DNA of 64,000 nucleotides from Camelus ferus (taxonomy: Eukaryota), in assembly GCF_009834535.1 (NCBI RefSeq), contig NC_045698.1, forward strand, positions 8,248,001 through 8,312,000, read 5' to 3'. The notes beneath the pieces were generated by a model. The model had not been told where the DNA came from. It searched no databases and saw only the letters and a program-made list of their open reading frames with translations. This document shows, piece after piece, positions 1 to 13,339 of the stretch. Numbering within the stretch: position 1 is the first letter of the stretch; every line of letters begins with the position of its first letter. A program made the translations under genes and the position numbers.

Positions 1-85
1 GTCCGAACGTGCACAGCTAATAAGTAACTGGTGGAGAAGGGGTTTGGACCCAGGATGCCTAAAGACAAAAAAAAGTGCTCCTAAT
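1..85 (-). mobile_element. MIR SINE fragment
   Basis: gcacagctaataagtaactggtggagaaggggtttggacccagg resembles the reverse complement of the MIR core. Confidence 0.6.
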
Positions 86-319
86 TTTACACTCTGTTCC
101 CTTATTTGCGCCAGAGACAAGGTTACATCTCTGAGGTGTCAACTTCAATGACCAGTAATTACTGTTTTCCCAACTCCTGAACTCTGGGCTAGAGCAGAAC
201 CTCTCAGAACCTCAGCTTGCCCCCATGGCTTTACGACAGTTAACACAGAAGGAACGCTCCTATGGGAAACTGAAAATTCATTGTCTTTATCTGAACAAAG
301 GCATAAAAATTATAATGGC

Positions 320-545
320 TCCCAGGTACTGAGGGCGGACACCTTATGCAAGGTCCTGGTCTAAGCACTTGGATTCTTTAGCTCATTTAATGCTCATCCT
401 GTTCTGATGTGGTAGATACTTGTAACCCCAATAAGAGAGGTTTGGCTGAGCCAAAAAGCTTCCTCAAATTACACCACTAGTATGGGCAGATCTGGGCTTC
501 AACCCAGAGTTCCCAGTCTCCAAATCCTTTAATTTTAACTATTTG
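320..545 (-). mobile_element. MIR SINE
   Basis: ctcatttaatgctcatcc...acaccactagtatgggcagatctgggcttcaacccag...ctccaaatcc follows antisense MIR. Confidence 0.75.
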
Positions 546-1599
546 CTATAAAGTCTCTAATTTTAATGCATTTTCTAGCTGTTAATTTAGTTTTGTTTTC
601 TTTTTATACCATTTTAATACATATTTTGTAGTATAAGAAATAAAATTAAACACATTTGAATGTTTCTCTACTGAAATAAAGTTTCTTCCATTTTTTTTCT
701 TTTAACAAAGAGAAACAAGGACTGATTATACTCAGAGTTTATTGTTTCCTGCTGTCTTAAAGCACAGTTAACGATATTGTCAATGTCTGTAAATAAATTC
801 CAGGAAGAGAACATTGCTTTTGATAAAGGTATTTACTGACAGTAAGTGCTAAAGAAATCAGGAGCACAGACTACTAATTACTGTGTCCCTCTCAGTCTGA
901 CAGACACATATTGACCATGATTTTTAAAAGCCCAGACAGTTGATTCTATAAAGACCAAAAACGAGTCCATTAAATATTGTGCCAAAATCATGCTGAGAAA
1001 AACTGATACGGGAACTTGCTGTCATGATAAAGACTTCATTTCCAAGTAGGAGTTACCAATGACAAAGAGAATAAACCTAACTGTCAGGAAGAAATAGGAA
1101 TTAGATTTAATATAACATTAGTTCCCACAGTAAAGCCACAAGGCATTCAAATCTGGTACTACTTAAATATTAAAATCGTTAAGGTGAATCAATCTATGTT
1201 TGGTTCCATTTTGTCCACAGTACGGGCTGGTAAAACCATTGGTCCTTCCTGCGACCATACGTGGAATGATTCAGCCTTCGTTTTCAGGAGCAAAATATTT
1301 TAATACCCAAAGCTATCCCAAAATCCTATTTAATTTTTTGTCTTTAAAATTCAGGACCAAAGAACAAAACGTATCACTGTGTGAGGCTCTCCCCTTCCAT
1401 GAGCATTTACTCATCCTGGGCTTTTTTAGGGTAGATTGTTGCCATTTAGTCTTGACAACTGTTGGAAACCATTGAACTTAACAGAACTCTTACCTAACGT
1501 GTGGATCCTCACTGTACAGCTGGTGAGATAACCAGTAATATCTTCGAGCAGAATTCTCTCACGATTTCCCACAGCTTTGTATAAAATGCTTGGTACCAG

Positions 1600-2050
1600 T
1601 ATCATAGAGCTCTAATTATTCTAGCCTTTTTTTTTCATAATTAAAAATAAATTTTGCCTCTTCTTGTGCTTTCCCTAAGTTTTTTAGCTTCATTCATTGC
1701 TTTTTTCCAGGTAAACTTTATATTAATTTTTATTTCCTATATTTTGCCTCATCCCTAATGAATTATTTTTTAACTGGGATTGTATTCAATCTATAAGTGT
1801 ACTGGGGAAGAACACCTTTTAAATGTGCAGTATTTACATAAAGTCACTAGATTACACTTTTATCACTTCTATAAGTTTCTACATTTAGATTTCAAGTAGT
1901 TTTGGTTAAAATAACTTTCAAGAATGCTACGGTTTTGCAGCTGCTGAATTTGAGATCTTGTACTGTTAAATTTTCGAACAGGCTTTTACAGAAAGAACTG
2001 CTATTGATTTTTATATTACAGTATATTTTCTAATTTGTATAGATGTACAG
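1600..2050 (-). mobile_element. Ancient L1 ORF2 fragment (L1M-type)
   Basis: ttttaactgggattgtattcaatctataagt and actgctattgatttttatat match degenerate antisense L1 ORF2 motifs. Confidence 0.55.
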
Positions 2051-3309
2051 TGTGAAAGTGTTAGATTGACCAGCAATTATCTGACATCAAGTTCAGTATG
2101 GAGAGCAAAATGGCTAAAACAGAAACGTTTCCTAGACTAAGATGAGCACCCTTTACTGATTAAATTTTAGCAGTGTCACCTGTTAACAAAATTCAGTGTC
2201 GGGTCAAACATCTTCAGCAGAAAATACAAAATAGATTGCCAGATCTCAAGAGCTAGAGTAACAGAATACATTTTATAGCCAAAACGTCGGAGTACAGGAA
2301 TTGAGAATAGGTGACAATCACATTCTCGAAGATTTTATGGCACACAACAGACACATGCCAATAGCAGCAGACAGGGAGGAGAGAAAATGCAAAATCAATA
2401 AGAAGCAACTGTGACTCGTAGCATCTTCTAGCCCACTCCTGGCATTGACTGTTCACATAGTTTATTGTAAGTAATAAGCTTTCTCTAGACCAAGCAATAA
2501 GGATATAATCAACACCTGGCACCCCACGGGCATCCACTCATTTGAGATGGGAATACTGGGTTGTGGATGGGGCAGCACTGACCGTGGCTTTCCAGAGCAA
2601 GGGAGGGAGCCCGAGCAGGTTTATTCTCACTGTCACTGGGGAGAATTCACTGGTACACTCAGCAGCGGGAACGGGAATGGCTCCATCATCTCTCCCAGGG
2701 AAGATGTTCGTATCAGGGGACAGTTAAAAACCTCTCCTGATGCACAAAGAAAGGACACAGCAGGTATGTGCACAGTCAAAATGCCACCAGAACACCACCT
2801 GCTGAGTCAGGAACTCAGGACTCAGCAAGGACAGTCATGAATAGCAGGACAAGGTCTGAGGTCAGGGTATCTAAGGAGAGTCTCTGTAAGATCCACAGCT
2901 GTTCCAACAAGGGTGCTGGGCATGACCCTCAGGATGCAATGGAGTCACAAGTTTGGCTGTATCCCTCATCTGTCTTATAATGTTAAGTCTGCATGAGCAT
3001 GTGACCAAGTCTGGATAGAATTAAAGGTCCCTTTCTTCTTTGGGAAGCAGAAAACACAAGAGCCTTAAGAAAAGCATCCACACTGTCTGGAGCCGAGGGC
3101 AAACAAATGAGGGAGCTATCTGTATATGACCATTTGGTTTCCATTACAATTTGTCTACAGAAAACCTGAATCTTTGTAACTGCAGATTTTTGCATTCTGG
3201 CCATGTGAAATTGGGGGAAAAAAAAAAACACCCAACATGATTTGTATGGTTAAGACTTTGATTAATTATTTAGATAATTATTATTCAGATATGTAATAAT
3301 TAAATTCAC

Positions 3310-4040
3310 TATTAGCCCCTACTCTATGCATTGGGCAAGATAGTGAGTTCTCCTCCCCTCCCCTCAAAATAAGCAAGACTTATTAAAGATCTTCCAGTCT
3401 ATCCAGAGGGAACACTTAAACATTGCAATACAAAAAAAAAAAAAGGGTTTATAACAGTGAAAATCAAGTTTCAGAAATGATACTAGGAGAGCCCAGAAGG
3501 AAGGGAGAACAAGATTTGTTCCCCTTTCCCTCCCTTCCCAGTGGTATCAGGCGGTCGGCTTACCCAGAGGAGGTCATTAGGATTTGATGAAGTCATGAGG
3601 GTGGTGCCCCCATGAATGGGATTAGTGCCCTTATAAGAGTCACAAGACCATTCACTTTCTCTCTCTGCTCTCTGCCACGTGTTGGCAGTTTGCAACCCGA
3701 AAGAGTACTCTCAGCAGACTCAGACCATGCTGGTACCTTGATCTCGGATTTCAGCTCCTAGAACTGTGAGCGGTAAGTTTATGCTGTTTTTAAGCCCCCC
3801 AGGCTGTGGCACTTTTACGAGAGCAGCCTTAACAGACCAAGACAGAAGTTAATCAAGAAGTGAGAATCAACAATCTACCTTAGAGAAAGTAGTTTTTGAT
3901 CTTGGCCTTGGACGTGCGGTAGCTTTCAAAAGACAGGTGGAGACGAGAGCTTCTTGGAGGGAAAGTCAGAAAGACGGCACCAAGACAGAAGAGGCCCTGC
4001 ATGTGTCTACTCAAAGATCATGGCTTGGCTTGAAAAGTAC
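3310..4040 (-). mobile_element. L2 LINE fragment interrupted by an MLT1A LTR
   Basis: L2-like purine-rich segments on both sides of the LTR (cttccagtcta...; gtagtttttgatcttggccttggac...catggcttggcttg). Confidence 0.5.
3541..3844 (+). mobile_element. MLT1A-type MaLR solo LTR (5'-truncated)
   Basis: gtcatgagggtggtgccccatgaatgggattagtgcccttataagag...accatgctggtaccttgatctcggatttcagctcctagaactgtgag...gcagccttaacagaccaagaca. Confidence 0.85.
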
Positions 4041-4609
4041 CACTGCGAATCTGGATGGGAATTTTTTTTTTTTTTTTCTCATGAAAGTACCTCTGAAGAC
4101 CAGGATAACGTAAATTCTCAGTCCTGATGTCATATGTGTTCAAACTGAGCCCCTTAGAAGAGTCCCATTCGTTGAGCAAGTTACCTACGGTTGTTTCCCA
4201 GCTCTTGCTCTCATTATATTACAAAGTACCTTCCATGGTCCCCTCAAAGTGTCTGCAGCCCTTGTACGTGCCCCCCACTGGCTCTGTGTGCTAGCCCCAT
4301 GCTCCTGGGGCATCTCCTTGTCCCCTGTTTGCATTTGCCCAGCAAAGCTGAGATGTGAGCATCAAAGCTGGGCTGCGTCCGCAGGGATAATTTTTTGAAC
4401 CAGCATCAGACGTCTATGGAAAGTCTGAGGTAGAGGTTATAAATCAAGCAAGTCTCACATATTACCCTCATTCTCTCTTCACACTGCAAACAAGACAATT
4501 TGACCCATGAAGTTTATTTCACAAATACAGGCTGTGTGAGCCATCCTGGATATTGGCAGAAAGTGAGAGAATGTAGACTCGATGACAGTTGTTTGTTTTT
4601 TGGTTTTTT

Positions 4610-4725
4610 TTGTCCAGTAAGACCCAGGGTTAAATGACTTACCAAAGTTTACTCAAGAAGCCATGTTGCCAGAAATTAAATTTAGGATTCCAGATACTCA
4701 AGCAGCAGTGCCTTCTCTCTACCCT
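4610..4725 (-). mobile_element. MIR fragment
   Basis: ggttaaatgacttaccaaagtttactcaag resembles antisense MIR core. Confidence 0.55.
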
Positions 4726-5289
4726 AGAACCTAAAAGTGAACAACTAATGGCATAAAAATTCCCAGTACACCGTTTTGAATCAGTTTGGGTCCAAGAGCA
4801 CGTATTATCATGCCCAATTTGAGTGCGCAGAACACTTGGTTAGCTCTTGCTCTCAAGGAATTTAGGGAAGACAGTCACATATAGAGTGAATTCTAATCAG
4901 GACACAAGGAATGTCCAAACTTGATGTGTTAAGATTCCCCAGTGCTAGCACAGTAAACTGAGAACCTGAGTATTGTAATACATGCAGACAGTCGACTGAT
5001 CCAGGAAGGCAGAGGCTGAAACAATGAAACCTACTTTCCATATTTAAATGCAAGGTTGCTTTGAGCATCTTATGTCCTATATCCACACAAAGGAAAGAAA
5101 TAGATAACTTCCTGTTGCTAAACCTAGATGGACTCAAACCAGAGAATTTGGGAAACTAATTAACTTGGATTATCCACTTAAGGACTTGTAACTCTATCAA
5201 TAGTTTTACATTATTAATGACTTTTCAGAATTTCAGGATGTCTTTAAATTCCCACCGGACTATTCTGTGCTCAGCTATAATTGCCAATA

Positions 5290-5430
5290 AAAGTTATTAC
5301 TTGGATGATCTACTAGGTGGCAAAGTGCTACGTGAGTTACATGCACAGCTTCACTCAAACTTCTCAATAATAATGAGAATAAGTATTATTGCTCATGCTT
5401 TTCAGGTGAGGCAATGTGGGGACCAGATGG
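5290..5430 (-). mobile_element. MIR fragment
   Basis: ctactaggtggcaaagtgctacgtgagttacatg...ttctcaataataatgag...tattattgctcatgcttttcaggtgagg. Confidence 0.6.
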
Positions 5431-5998
5431 ATAGGGAAATTTTCCAGTGATCCTGTTGCCATATGAAGGCAAAACTGAACATAACCCCAGCTGATTCCGC
5501 ACCACCTTCGCATATTTAAAACTCCACACACCCACACAGCCAATGGTCTTCCCCGCAACAGCTTCGCACAAGCTTCTTTTTCTGTAAATAGTAACATCCA
5601 TTCCCCATCCAGTATGGGGACATGTCCAGGGGGCATTAGTTCTGGGTAAAGCACGAGATAATACACTAAATTTACATGATTACTGTTAGAATTAAATTAG
5701 AGGATTGCCCCAAACACTTAAAAACTGCAAACTGTTATATAAATGTAAGATTTTAGTACTCTTTATCATTAAAAATAGAAAGGAGTTGTGTAATACTGAA
5801 GCGACAGTTGTGTTACTAGAGATATTTCTGTGTTTTGTCTTCCTTCCATCTAAATTATAACATTGTACGGAATGGAATGGGTCTTAGATAACTTTGAATG
5901 ACCTGAAATGAAACATTCCCCTCAACTTTTTAAAACTGAAGTATAGTTGATTTACAATGTTGTGTTAGTTTCTGGTGTACAGCACAACAATTCAGTTT

Positions 5999-6001
<3 letters not shown>

Positions 6002-6037
<36 letters not shown>
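6002..6037. repeat. (AT)n microsatellite inside L1 3' UTR
   Basis: uninterrupted AT run. Confidence 0.95.
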
Positions 6038-6039
<2 letters not shown>

Positions 6040-6406
6040 TCTTTCCATATTCTTTTTCAATATGTTTTATTACAAGATATTGAATATAGTTCCCTGTGAT
6101 ATACAGCAAGACCTTGTTGTTTATCTATTTTAGATATAGTAGTTTGTATTTGCAAATCCCAGATTTGTAATTTATCCCTCTCCCCTTCCCCCTTTGGTTA
6201 CCATAAGTTTGTTTTCTATGTCTGTGAGTCTGTTTCTGGTTTATAAATAAATTCATTAGTATCATTGTTTTTAGATTCAACATATAAGAGATATCATATG
6301 ATATTTGTCTCTGTCTGACTGTACTCACTTAGTATGATCACCTCTAGGTCCATCTATGTTCCTGCACATGGCATTATTTCACTCTTTTTTATGGCTAAGT
6401 AGTATT

Positions 6407-6408
<2 letters not shown>

Positions 6409-6458
<50 letters not shown>
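6409..6458. repeat. (TG)n microsatellite inside L1
   Basis: about 25 perfect TG units. Confidence 0.95.
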
Positions 6459-6459
<1 letters not shown>

Positions 6460-9254
6460 ACGCACGTATCACAACTTCTTTATCCAATCATCTGTCAAGG
6501 GACATTTAGGTTGCTTCCATGGACACTGGGAAACATTCCCCTTTCCATGTAAGGGTCTCATTTTGACACAGAAAATTGGCAGATTCACATTTAAGAATAT
6601 TTGACTAAGGAGAGAATTGGCCCTTAGTCATGTTTTTTTATGCCTTGACTAGACTCATTTGAATGTCAAGAAGAATGAGAAGTGGGTTGAAAGACTTACG
6701 TGGAGCCAGTCCCACAGCTTTACAGGTAGATCTTTTATGTCTCACTGTTTCAGTAGCAGGTCATGACTTAACACCACAATTGCTCTGGCAACCAACTCTC
6801 CCCTCTAAAGGAACTGCTCTTTGAAAAGCAAGTTATTTTTGTTTTTTTAACAACTATATGAGGGCAATCTTAGACAGAGTAAATGCATACCTATTAGGGA
6901 AGAAGACTTAACCCAACAACAAACATTTATGAGTTGGTACACATTTCCTATCTTGTCACTATCACAAAACCACTGCCTCCAAGTTTCTCCTTCTACTGTG
7001 GTTACAATGTCTATGAAGAATTTCTTTTTATTGGGTAATGATTTTCACTTTTCCTTATAAGAGCTGGGCAGAGGCTAAGAAAACACTGGTATAAATGGTG
7101 AACCTCTGGCAATTAATTCTTTGTATTCTTGGGCTGTCTGGGTTTCAGGGATTTCTGATGAAGCAAATAAATTTGCCTGATGTCAAATAGTGAGGCGTTA
7201 CCTTAAATCATCTGACCTTGGGTAAAAGAGTTTTATCTCAAATTAACTCAGTCAAAGAGCCAATATGACTTTGGTAAAAATTAACCTGCCTGTTGTCAAC
7301 AAGTCTATCATAATGATTCTTTATTACCCACTGACATTACATTTCACACTGGACTTTCTCTCTCATATGTATGGATGGTGAGATAGAGGAATGTGTGTGC
7401 ACATGGGGTTTTGTTTTGTTTTGTTTTGTTTTTCTCCTATTACACAGAAGATCGCATTTTCTCTTAAATTCCTCCCCCACCATTTTATCAATTTGTATCC
7501 ATCGTCTCGTGAGCCCATTGCCTTTGCTGTGCTTGGCTGCCCTCTGAACTTACGTCTATTTTACCAAAGCAGTCTTTATAACATAGCTGATTGAATGTAA
7601 AATCCTGCATTTTACCCACGGCTCTGCAATTGCCCACGTCCCTTGCACTGTCATAAACTGCTTTCATATCCTGCGTGAACCTGGGAAACCTGGTGGTGTG
7701 GCTCTTAGAAGCTGGGAATTGCTGGAGTGGTGGCTTTTCAGCCTTTTAAGCACAGCATCTTTAGAGCACTTTGTCAAAACACATCGTACCAGCCACATGT
7801 GTTCATTTATGTGAACCAGAGAAAACAGCTTTTCTTCTAAGATCATCTTAAATCAGGCATATTGCTGCTGCTTGACTACTTCCCAGAGGTACATCACTGT
7901 TCCCCTTGACAGGCTGAACTTCTCATTGGCCTATATAATTATGCATTTTATTCCACAGTCCTAAGAAATCTGCACTGGTCCTTGAGTCCTCTGGCTCCCT
8001 GAAAACAATGACAGTCATCTCCACTGCAGTTAAGAACTTGGAACTGTTTATTAACACAGTGGATCTACTAAGCTCAAACCTGAACATCAAGAAATGCAGG
8101 TAGGATTAGATCAAGGTTAGGAGACATTAGATGGAAACTGTATCCTTTCTGACGCCCTTGCTTGAAATCTCGTTGTCAAAACAAGTTTAACAATAACATT
8201 AAAAAAAACACTGGATGACATTCTGTTACACTAAACATGGTCCATCATAAAGAATAAAATAATGTAAGGAAGCCCACCAGTGCAGGGTCATAAAACAAAA
8301 CTGCCCGCTTATATTTAAAATCTCCATGCCATTTTGATGGATTGCCTGCCTTAATCTGGGTTTTCAAAAATACTGCCTTAAAATGCTGTTTGTCTTTATT
8401 CACTTGGTTTTTGGTTCCCCCTTAAGTTCCCTGCCTTTGGGGAGTTCCTCCCCTGCCTTACCCTCACCCTGCTCCATCAGCCAGCATAAAGAAAAAAAGT
8501 AATAATAAAATGAAAGGGACAAAAAGAGGAATTATCTGGGTGCCTCATCCATAGCAAGCTTTTGTTATTTTTTATTTTTAAAAGTCATATTTGTGTGGAC
8601 AGGTTTGGGCCACAAAATGTGCAACTTTTTGCAGTCACTGCCAAGCAGGTTGGAAAGCCACCGGCCGAGGGAGGTCAAACCCTCCCGGGAATCTCCCTGG
8701 AGTCTCCCAGAATCTCCGACACCAGCAGCCTGCACAAGCCTCACTGTTTGGGTTTTAAGTTATGCTGTTTCCTTCTGAATTCCTTTGCATGGCCTTTTGA
8801 CTGAGGGCCAAAGAACAGCAAACAGCCTGGGGGCTGGAGGGAGTGCCTGACCCCCCGCTATTGCTTCCCTGGGTCTGAGGAACACCTCTCTGTACCAGTT
8901 CAAAAATCATAGTTCAAAAGCCTAGCTCGTTCCCACCACTGAAGCCCCGCCTCACACATGAACTTGATTTTGCTCTGGCCTCTCTGGCACTGACCTCAAT
9001 ACTGTAAGAATCAGAGTTTTGTGGTTTCCTGGGGCCCTTCCTCTGCACCATCCTATACTTCACATCTTTCTGGCAGCTCCTCAGTCTGGAGTTTGTAACC
9101 CCAGGACATCATGTTTTTATGGCTAGGAGTCTGGAGAGCAAGGCCCTTTTGCCAAATACTCCCAGGTTACTCCCTACACACCATTTAAATGATAAAGTAT
9201 CCTGAGCGCTGACTCTCAACAATATTCAAGATTCAGATAATAGAGATCTTCCTG

Positions 9255-11150
9255 AATGCATTCATCTATTCATTCTTTAAACAAAGAAATAGTGAGTGCC
9301 TTTTATGTGCCTGACACCTTTCTAGATGCTGTGAATGAAGCACTGAACAAAAGGACCAAAAATCCCTGCCCTCAACCCACTCCTGCCTTCAACCCTCCTA
9401 CCCTGCTGGTGGGAATGTAGTTTGGTGCAGCCACTATGAAGAACAGTATGGAGGCTCCTTAAAAAACTCAAAATAGAGTGACCATGGGATCCAGCAATCC
9501 CACTCCTGGGCATTTATCTGGACAAAACTCTAACTCAAAAAGATACATGCACCCCAATGTTCATAGCACTATTTACAGCAGCCAAGACATGGAAGCAACC
9601 TAAATGTCCATTGACAAATGACTGGATAAAGAAAATGTGGTATGTGTGTGTGTGTGTGTATCTGTGTGTATATGTGTATATATAATCAGCAATAAAAAAA
9701 CAATGGAATAATGTCATTTGCAGCAACACGGATGGACCTAGAGATTAATTCTCATATTAAGTAAAGTAAGTCAGACAGAGAAAGAGAAGTATCGTATGAG
9801 ATCACTTATATGTGGAATCTAAAAAAATGAAAGAAATGAACTTATTTACAAAACAGAAACAGACTCACAGACATCGAAAACAAACATGGTTACCAGGAGG
9901 GAAAGGGGGGAGGGATAAATTAGGAGTTTGGGATTGGCAGATACAGACTATTAAATATAAAGCACATAAAGAATAAGGTCCTATGGTATAGCACAAGGAA
10001 CTATATTCAATACCTTATAATAACCTATAATGAAAAAGAATATATATATATATAAAATATATATATACATAATGATTGAATCACTATGCTGTACGCCAGA
10101 AACTAACACAACATTGTAAATCAACTATACTTCAATAAAAAAAAAAAAGAAATCTGCCCTCAAGGTGCTGACATTCAGGTGGGGACAGGTTGCCCATAAA
10201 CAGATACACGAGTAGAACAGATGGTAAGTCAGAGAGAGAGAGAGACGTGCCAGGGAGGAAAACGAAGCAGGGATGGCATAGAGACCACCCAGGGTCAGTG
10301 GATGTCATTTTACATAGGTTGGTCGTAACAAAAAGTCCCACTGAGAACTCACTGAGAAGGTGACATTTGAACAAAGACTTGAATCAGGTGAGGTGGCGAG
10401 TGGAGAACTAGTGGGTTGGGGAGAAGTTCTAGCAAATGCTACATCCTTGACGCAAGAGCTTGGCTGGAAGCCTCATTATCAGCGAGGAGACCAGTGTTGG
10501 AACAGAAAGGGGTGAGTGGGTGGGGGCAGGAGTGGGGGTGGCGTGGGAGACAGGGGTTGTGGGAAGAGGGGGAAAGCAGACAGTATGTGCGGTCTTTCAG
10601 GCCACCGTAAGGACCTAGACTTCTCTCTGAGATGGGAAAGCTTAGAGGGGTATAGGTCGGGGGAAATGGCTTGAATTATGTTTACAGCCTCCCTCTGGCT
10701 GCTACTGAAATGAGTTTGCCTGGGGACAAAGATGGAGATTAGGTGGAGGACAATGGTGGCTGGGACAAAAGTGACAGCAGAGGAGCAGAAAGAGTTGTCT
10801 GAATTCTGGATAATTTTTAAAGTTAGTCAGTGGGTCTAATGAGTTGAATACTTGAGCTGGTAGAAGGTGAGAGTCAGAGATGACAGCTGAGTTTTCATAT
10901 CTGAGCAACTGGAAGTGACGGAACTGCTGTTTGCTGACCTGGAGAAGACGGTGCAGAAAGTGCAGGTTTGGGATGAGAGCAGAAGTCCACTTTCCACCAC
11001 GGTGGGTGTGAGCTGCCCATTATACACCCAAGGGGCCGTGAGAGTTGAGAGCTTGAAGTTCATGGAATTTGTAGTTCAAGAGAGAATTCTGGGCTGGCAG
11101 TAGAGAGTTGGCAGTTGGCAGAGAACAGATGGCATTTAAAGCTGGAGAGG
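9255..11150 (-). mobile_element. L2 LINE (about 1.1 kb) split by an L1 insertion
   Basis: The L2 3' tail (cattcatctattcattc...tgtgcctgacac...ccctgccctcaa) resumes after the L1 with ctgccctcaaggtgctgacattcagg and typical antisense L2 (gagaaggtgacatttgaacaaagacttgaa; gtcagagatgac...ctgagcaactggaag). Confidence 0.8.
9391..10148 (+). mobile_element. L1 3' end (ORF2 C-terminus remnant, 3' UTR, polyA), inserted into L2
   Basis: ctggtgggaatgtagtttggtgcagccactatg...aaactaacacaacattgtaaatcaactatacttcaataaaaaaaa. TSD core ctgccctcaa at 9366-9375 and 10154-10163. Confidence 0.93.
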
Positions 11151-11314
11151 ACCCAACTGGCAGACCTGCTTCATTGTGCTGTTCGTTGTCTTAAAGGAGA
11201 ATTGGTGTGCCGTTAGACGGAGCCTGTACCCCCGGATTTTCTGTGCTTGCATCACTCTCTCTGGCCATCACTCTCTTCTGCTTTATGCCCGTCCCCCTCC
11301 ACTCACGTATGATG

Positions 11315-11435
11315 CCTGGGGTCCCCTGTAAGCTCCTCACGAACGAGCAGGGATCTTGAGCTTTACAGCTCACTGATGCACGTTCTTGGCACGGAGCTGA
11401 TTCTCAGTAAATGTCTGGCAAACAAGTGAATGATT
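11315..11435 (+). mobile_element. L2 3' end fragment
   Basis: ctgtaagctcc...gcaggga...ttggcacggagctgattctcagtaaatgtctg. Confidence 0.6.
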
Positions 11436-12734
11436 TCTGGTACAGAATATTGAAAGCACTCAACTAAGTATAAAGGGAAGTCAATGCCTAGGAGTATATT
11501 GGAGGTTTAGAAAGTGAGGTAGGAAACAGACTCAGAGGGAAAAAAATGGACCTTTCACCAGCAGGCAGACCCAGGCGATGGAAAAGGGGACTGTTCGTAC
11601 AAGTGAATCGAGAGGGAGGAACTCAGAATAGCGGTTAAAGACGGGCACAGAACTGGAGATCAGAATCAGCCTGGGTCAACAGTGTGGTCCTTGTCTGTCA
11701 GCACCACACACTGGCCCTCCCCAGCCTTCTGCCAGCTGCATCTTAGCCACACTCCTGATGTTCTAGTACCTCAGCGGAGGGTCCCTCCATGCTCTACAGA
11801 CGCACCCAGCGGATTCACGTCTCCTCGACCACGATCTTCTCCAGGCCCTTGCTACTGTTCAGTCTGTGGGCTCTCACGCAATATTCAGAGCTCTCACCAG
11901 GAGTTTTGCTTTTGAGGCAACATCTCCCATCACTGCTTCCTATAAACTTTAGAGTCTGTCACACGGTGTTGTGCAGAGTTGACTTCGGGCTGAATCGGGC
12001 ATCTGCTCACATGTGCAGGGTGCACACGGCACAGTCGAGGCAGCAGCACAGGCCCATGGAAGGGCCAGGAGGCATGTGCAGCAGCTGATGGGGCACCAAA
12101 TCTAGAGGCAGTGGACAAATAAGAAGGGGACAGTCTTTCGCGGGAATGTGTGACATCAAAGGTGACCAACATTTACTCAGTAGTCCAGGCAGCATCCACG
12201 TCCATGGAGAGTAGTCCCTGGATCTCAAACACGCTGAGATACGTCACCCCAGACCAGCTCTTTCCCACCTCCGTGTTTGATGCGGCTTTATTTTTGAATT
12301 TCATGATCACAAAGCACTCCTTTGATGCTTAATTTAACTTTTCATACCTGACACTGCAAAGTAATGAACTTTGAGTGAGGATGAATATTTGGTGATAAGT
12401 ACACTCCTCATTTCTAAAAGGCATTTAAGACATTTTCAGCGATGGTTTAACGTTAGCTTCCTGGTTTGGGTTAGGATGTAGAGTTCGCCAGAGTCTACCG
12501 ACATTTGGTGAATAAATAAAATGTGTTGTACCAGCAAAATTAAGACTCATAACGTGTAAGAAAAAAAAGTGAGGAAAAAGAGAATAGGAAAGTTCTGAAA
12601 TTCAATTAATATAAGACACTCAAGAGTCTTATAATCTAATTCAGAACATTAAAACTGATGGATATGAAACAGCAGGTCAGACTAATCACGTGCTGAGGAA
12701 GGGTATTACCAAAGAGACACGTGAGAGTAGCTCA

Positions 12735-12885
12735 GAAATCGGGTATTATTGTCATCTGCACTTTAGGGACCATGAAATGGCCACCTGAAGAGACCCAGTA
12801 GACCGCACCAGGTCAAACTGGGAGTCGGCGGCTGACCTGAAACTGGAGCCAAGATCTGCTTCCGAACCACATGCTCTTAACCATG
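12735..12885 (-). mobile_element. MIR fragment
   Basis: tattattgtcatctgcacttta...aactggagccaagatctg...tgctcttaaccat. Confidence 0.55.
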
Positions 12886-13339
12886 ACCTTGTAGTTTACC
12901 GAGGAAATTCCACATTCTGGGCACTTTAGTTTTCCAGGATAATTCTACTTGTTACATTCTGGTATGTTAACTATTCCAGAGCACAGAGAATGATGGAGTA
13001 TCTGTATGTATTTCTATGGGGCAAGCATGAACTCGGAAAAATCAGAAAATAAATACTATCTTATTTATGAAAAGAAAAGCAAAGATTCTAGTTAAAACGG
13101 TAGCAAGCCAAACAGAGCAGTGATCTAAGTGAGGAGCACAATGTCTACTGGAGGTACGCTCACAGTCGGCCACCCTGACCTTCACCAGGGCACCCAACCC
13201 TGCCCTGGACTGCCTGCCAACACCTTCTAAAAGAATTGCAATAGGAAAGATACCAGCCCCTCTCGACTGGAGGCAAACTCAGTGGTAGGGCATTTGACTG
13301 CAAAATCCTCTCCACTGACATTTGATTTTATCATACAGC

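Larger units (their letters stand above)
5927..6520 (-). mobile_element. L1 3' end (cetartiodactyl-type), 5'-truncated, with 13-bp target-site duplication
   Basis: tgaagtatagttgatttacaatgttgtgttagtttctggtgtacagc is an antisense L1 3' terminus. The flanking direct repeat gaaacattcccct lies at 5910-5922 and 6530-6542. Confidence 0.92.

Noticed and set aside
2631..2737. Minus-strand acceptor followed by a short reading frame
   Set aside because: All frames stop quickly and none is recognisable, so it is unsupported without RNA data
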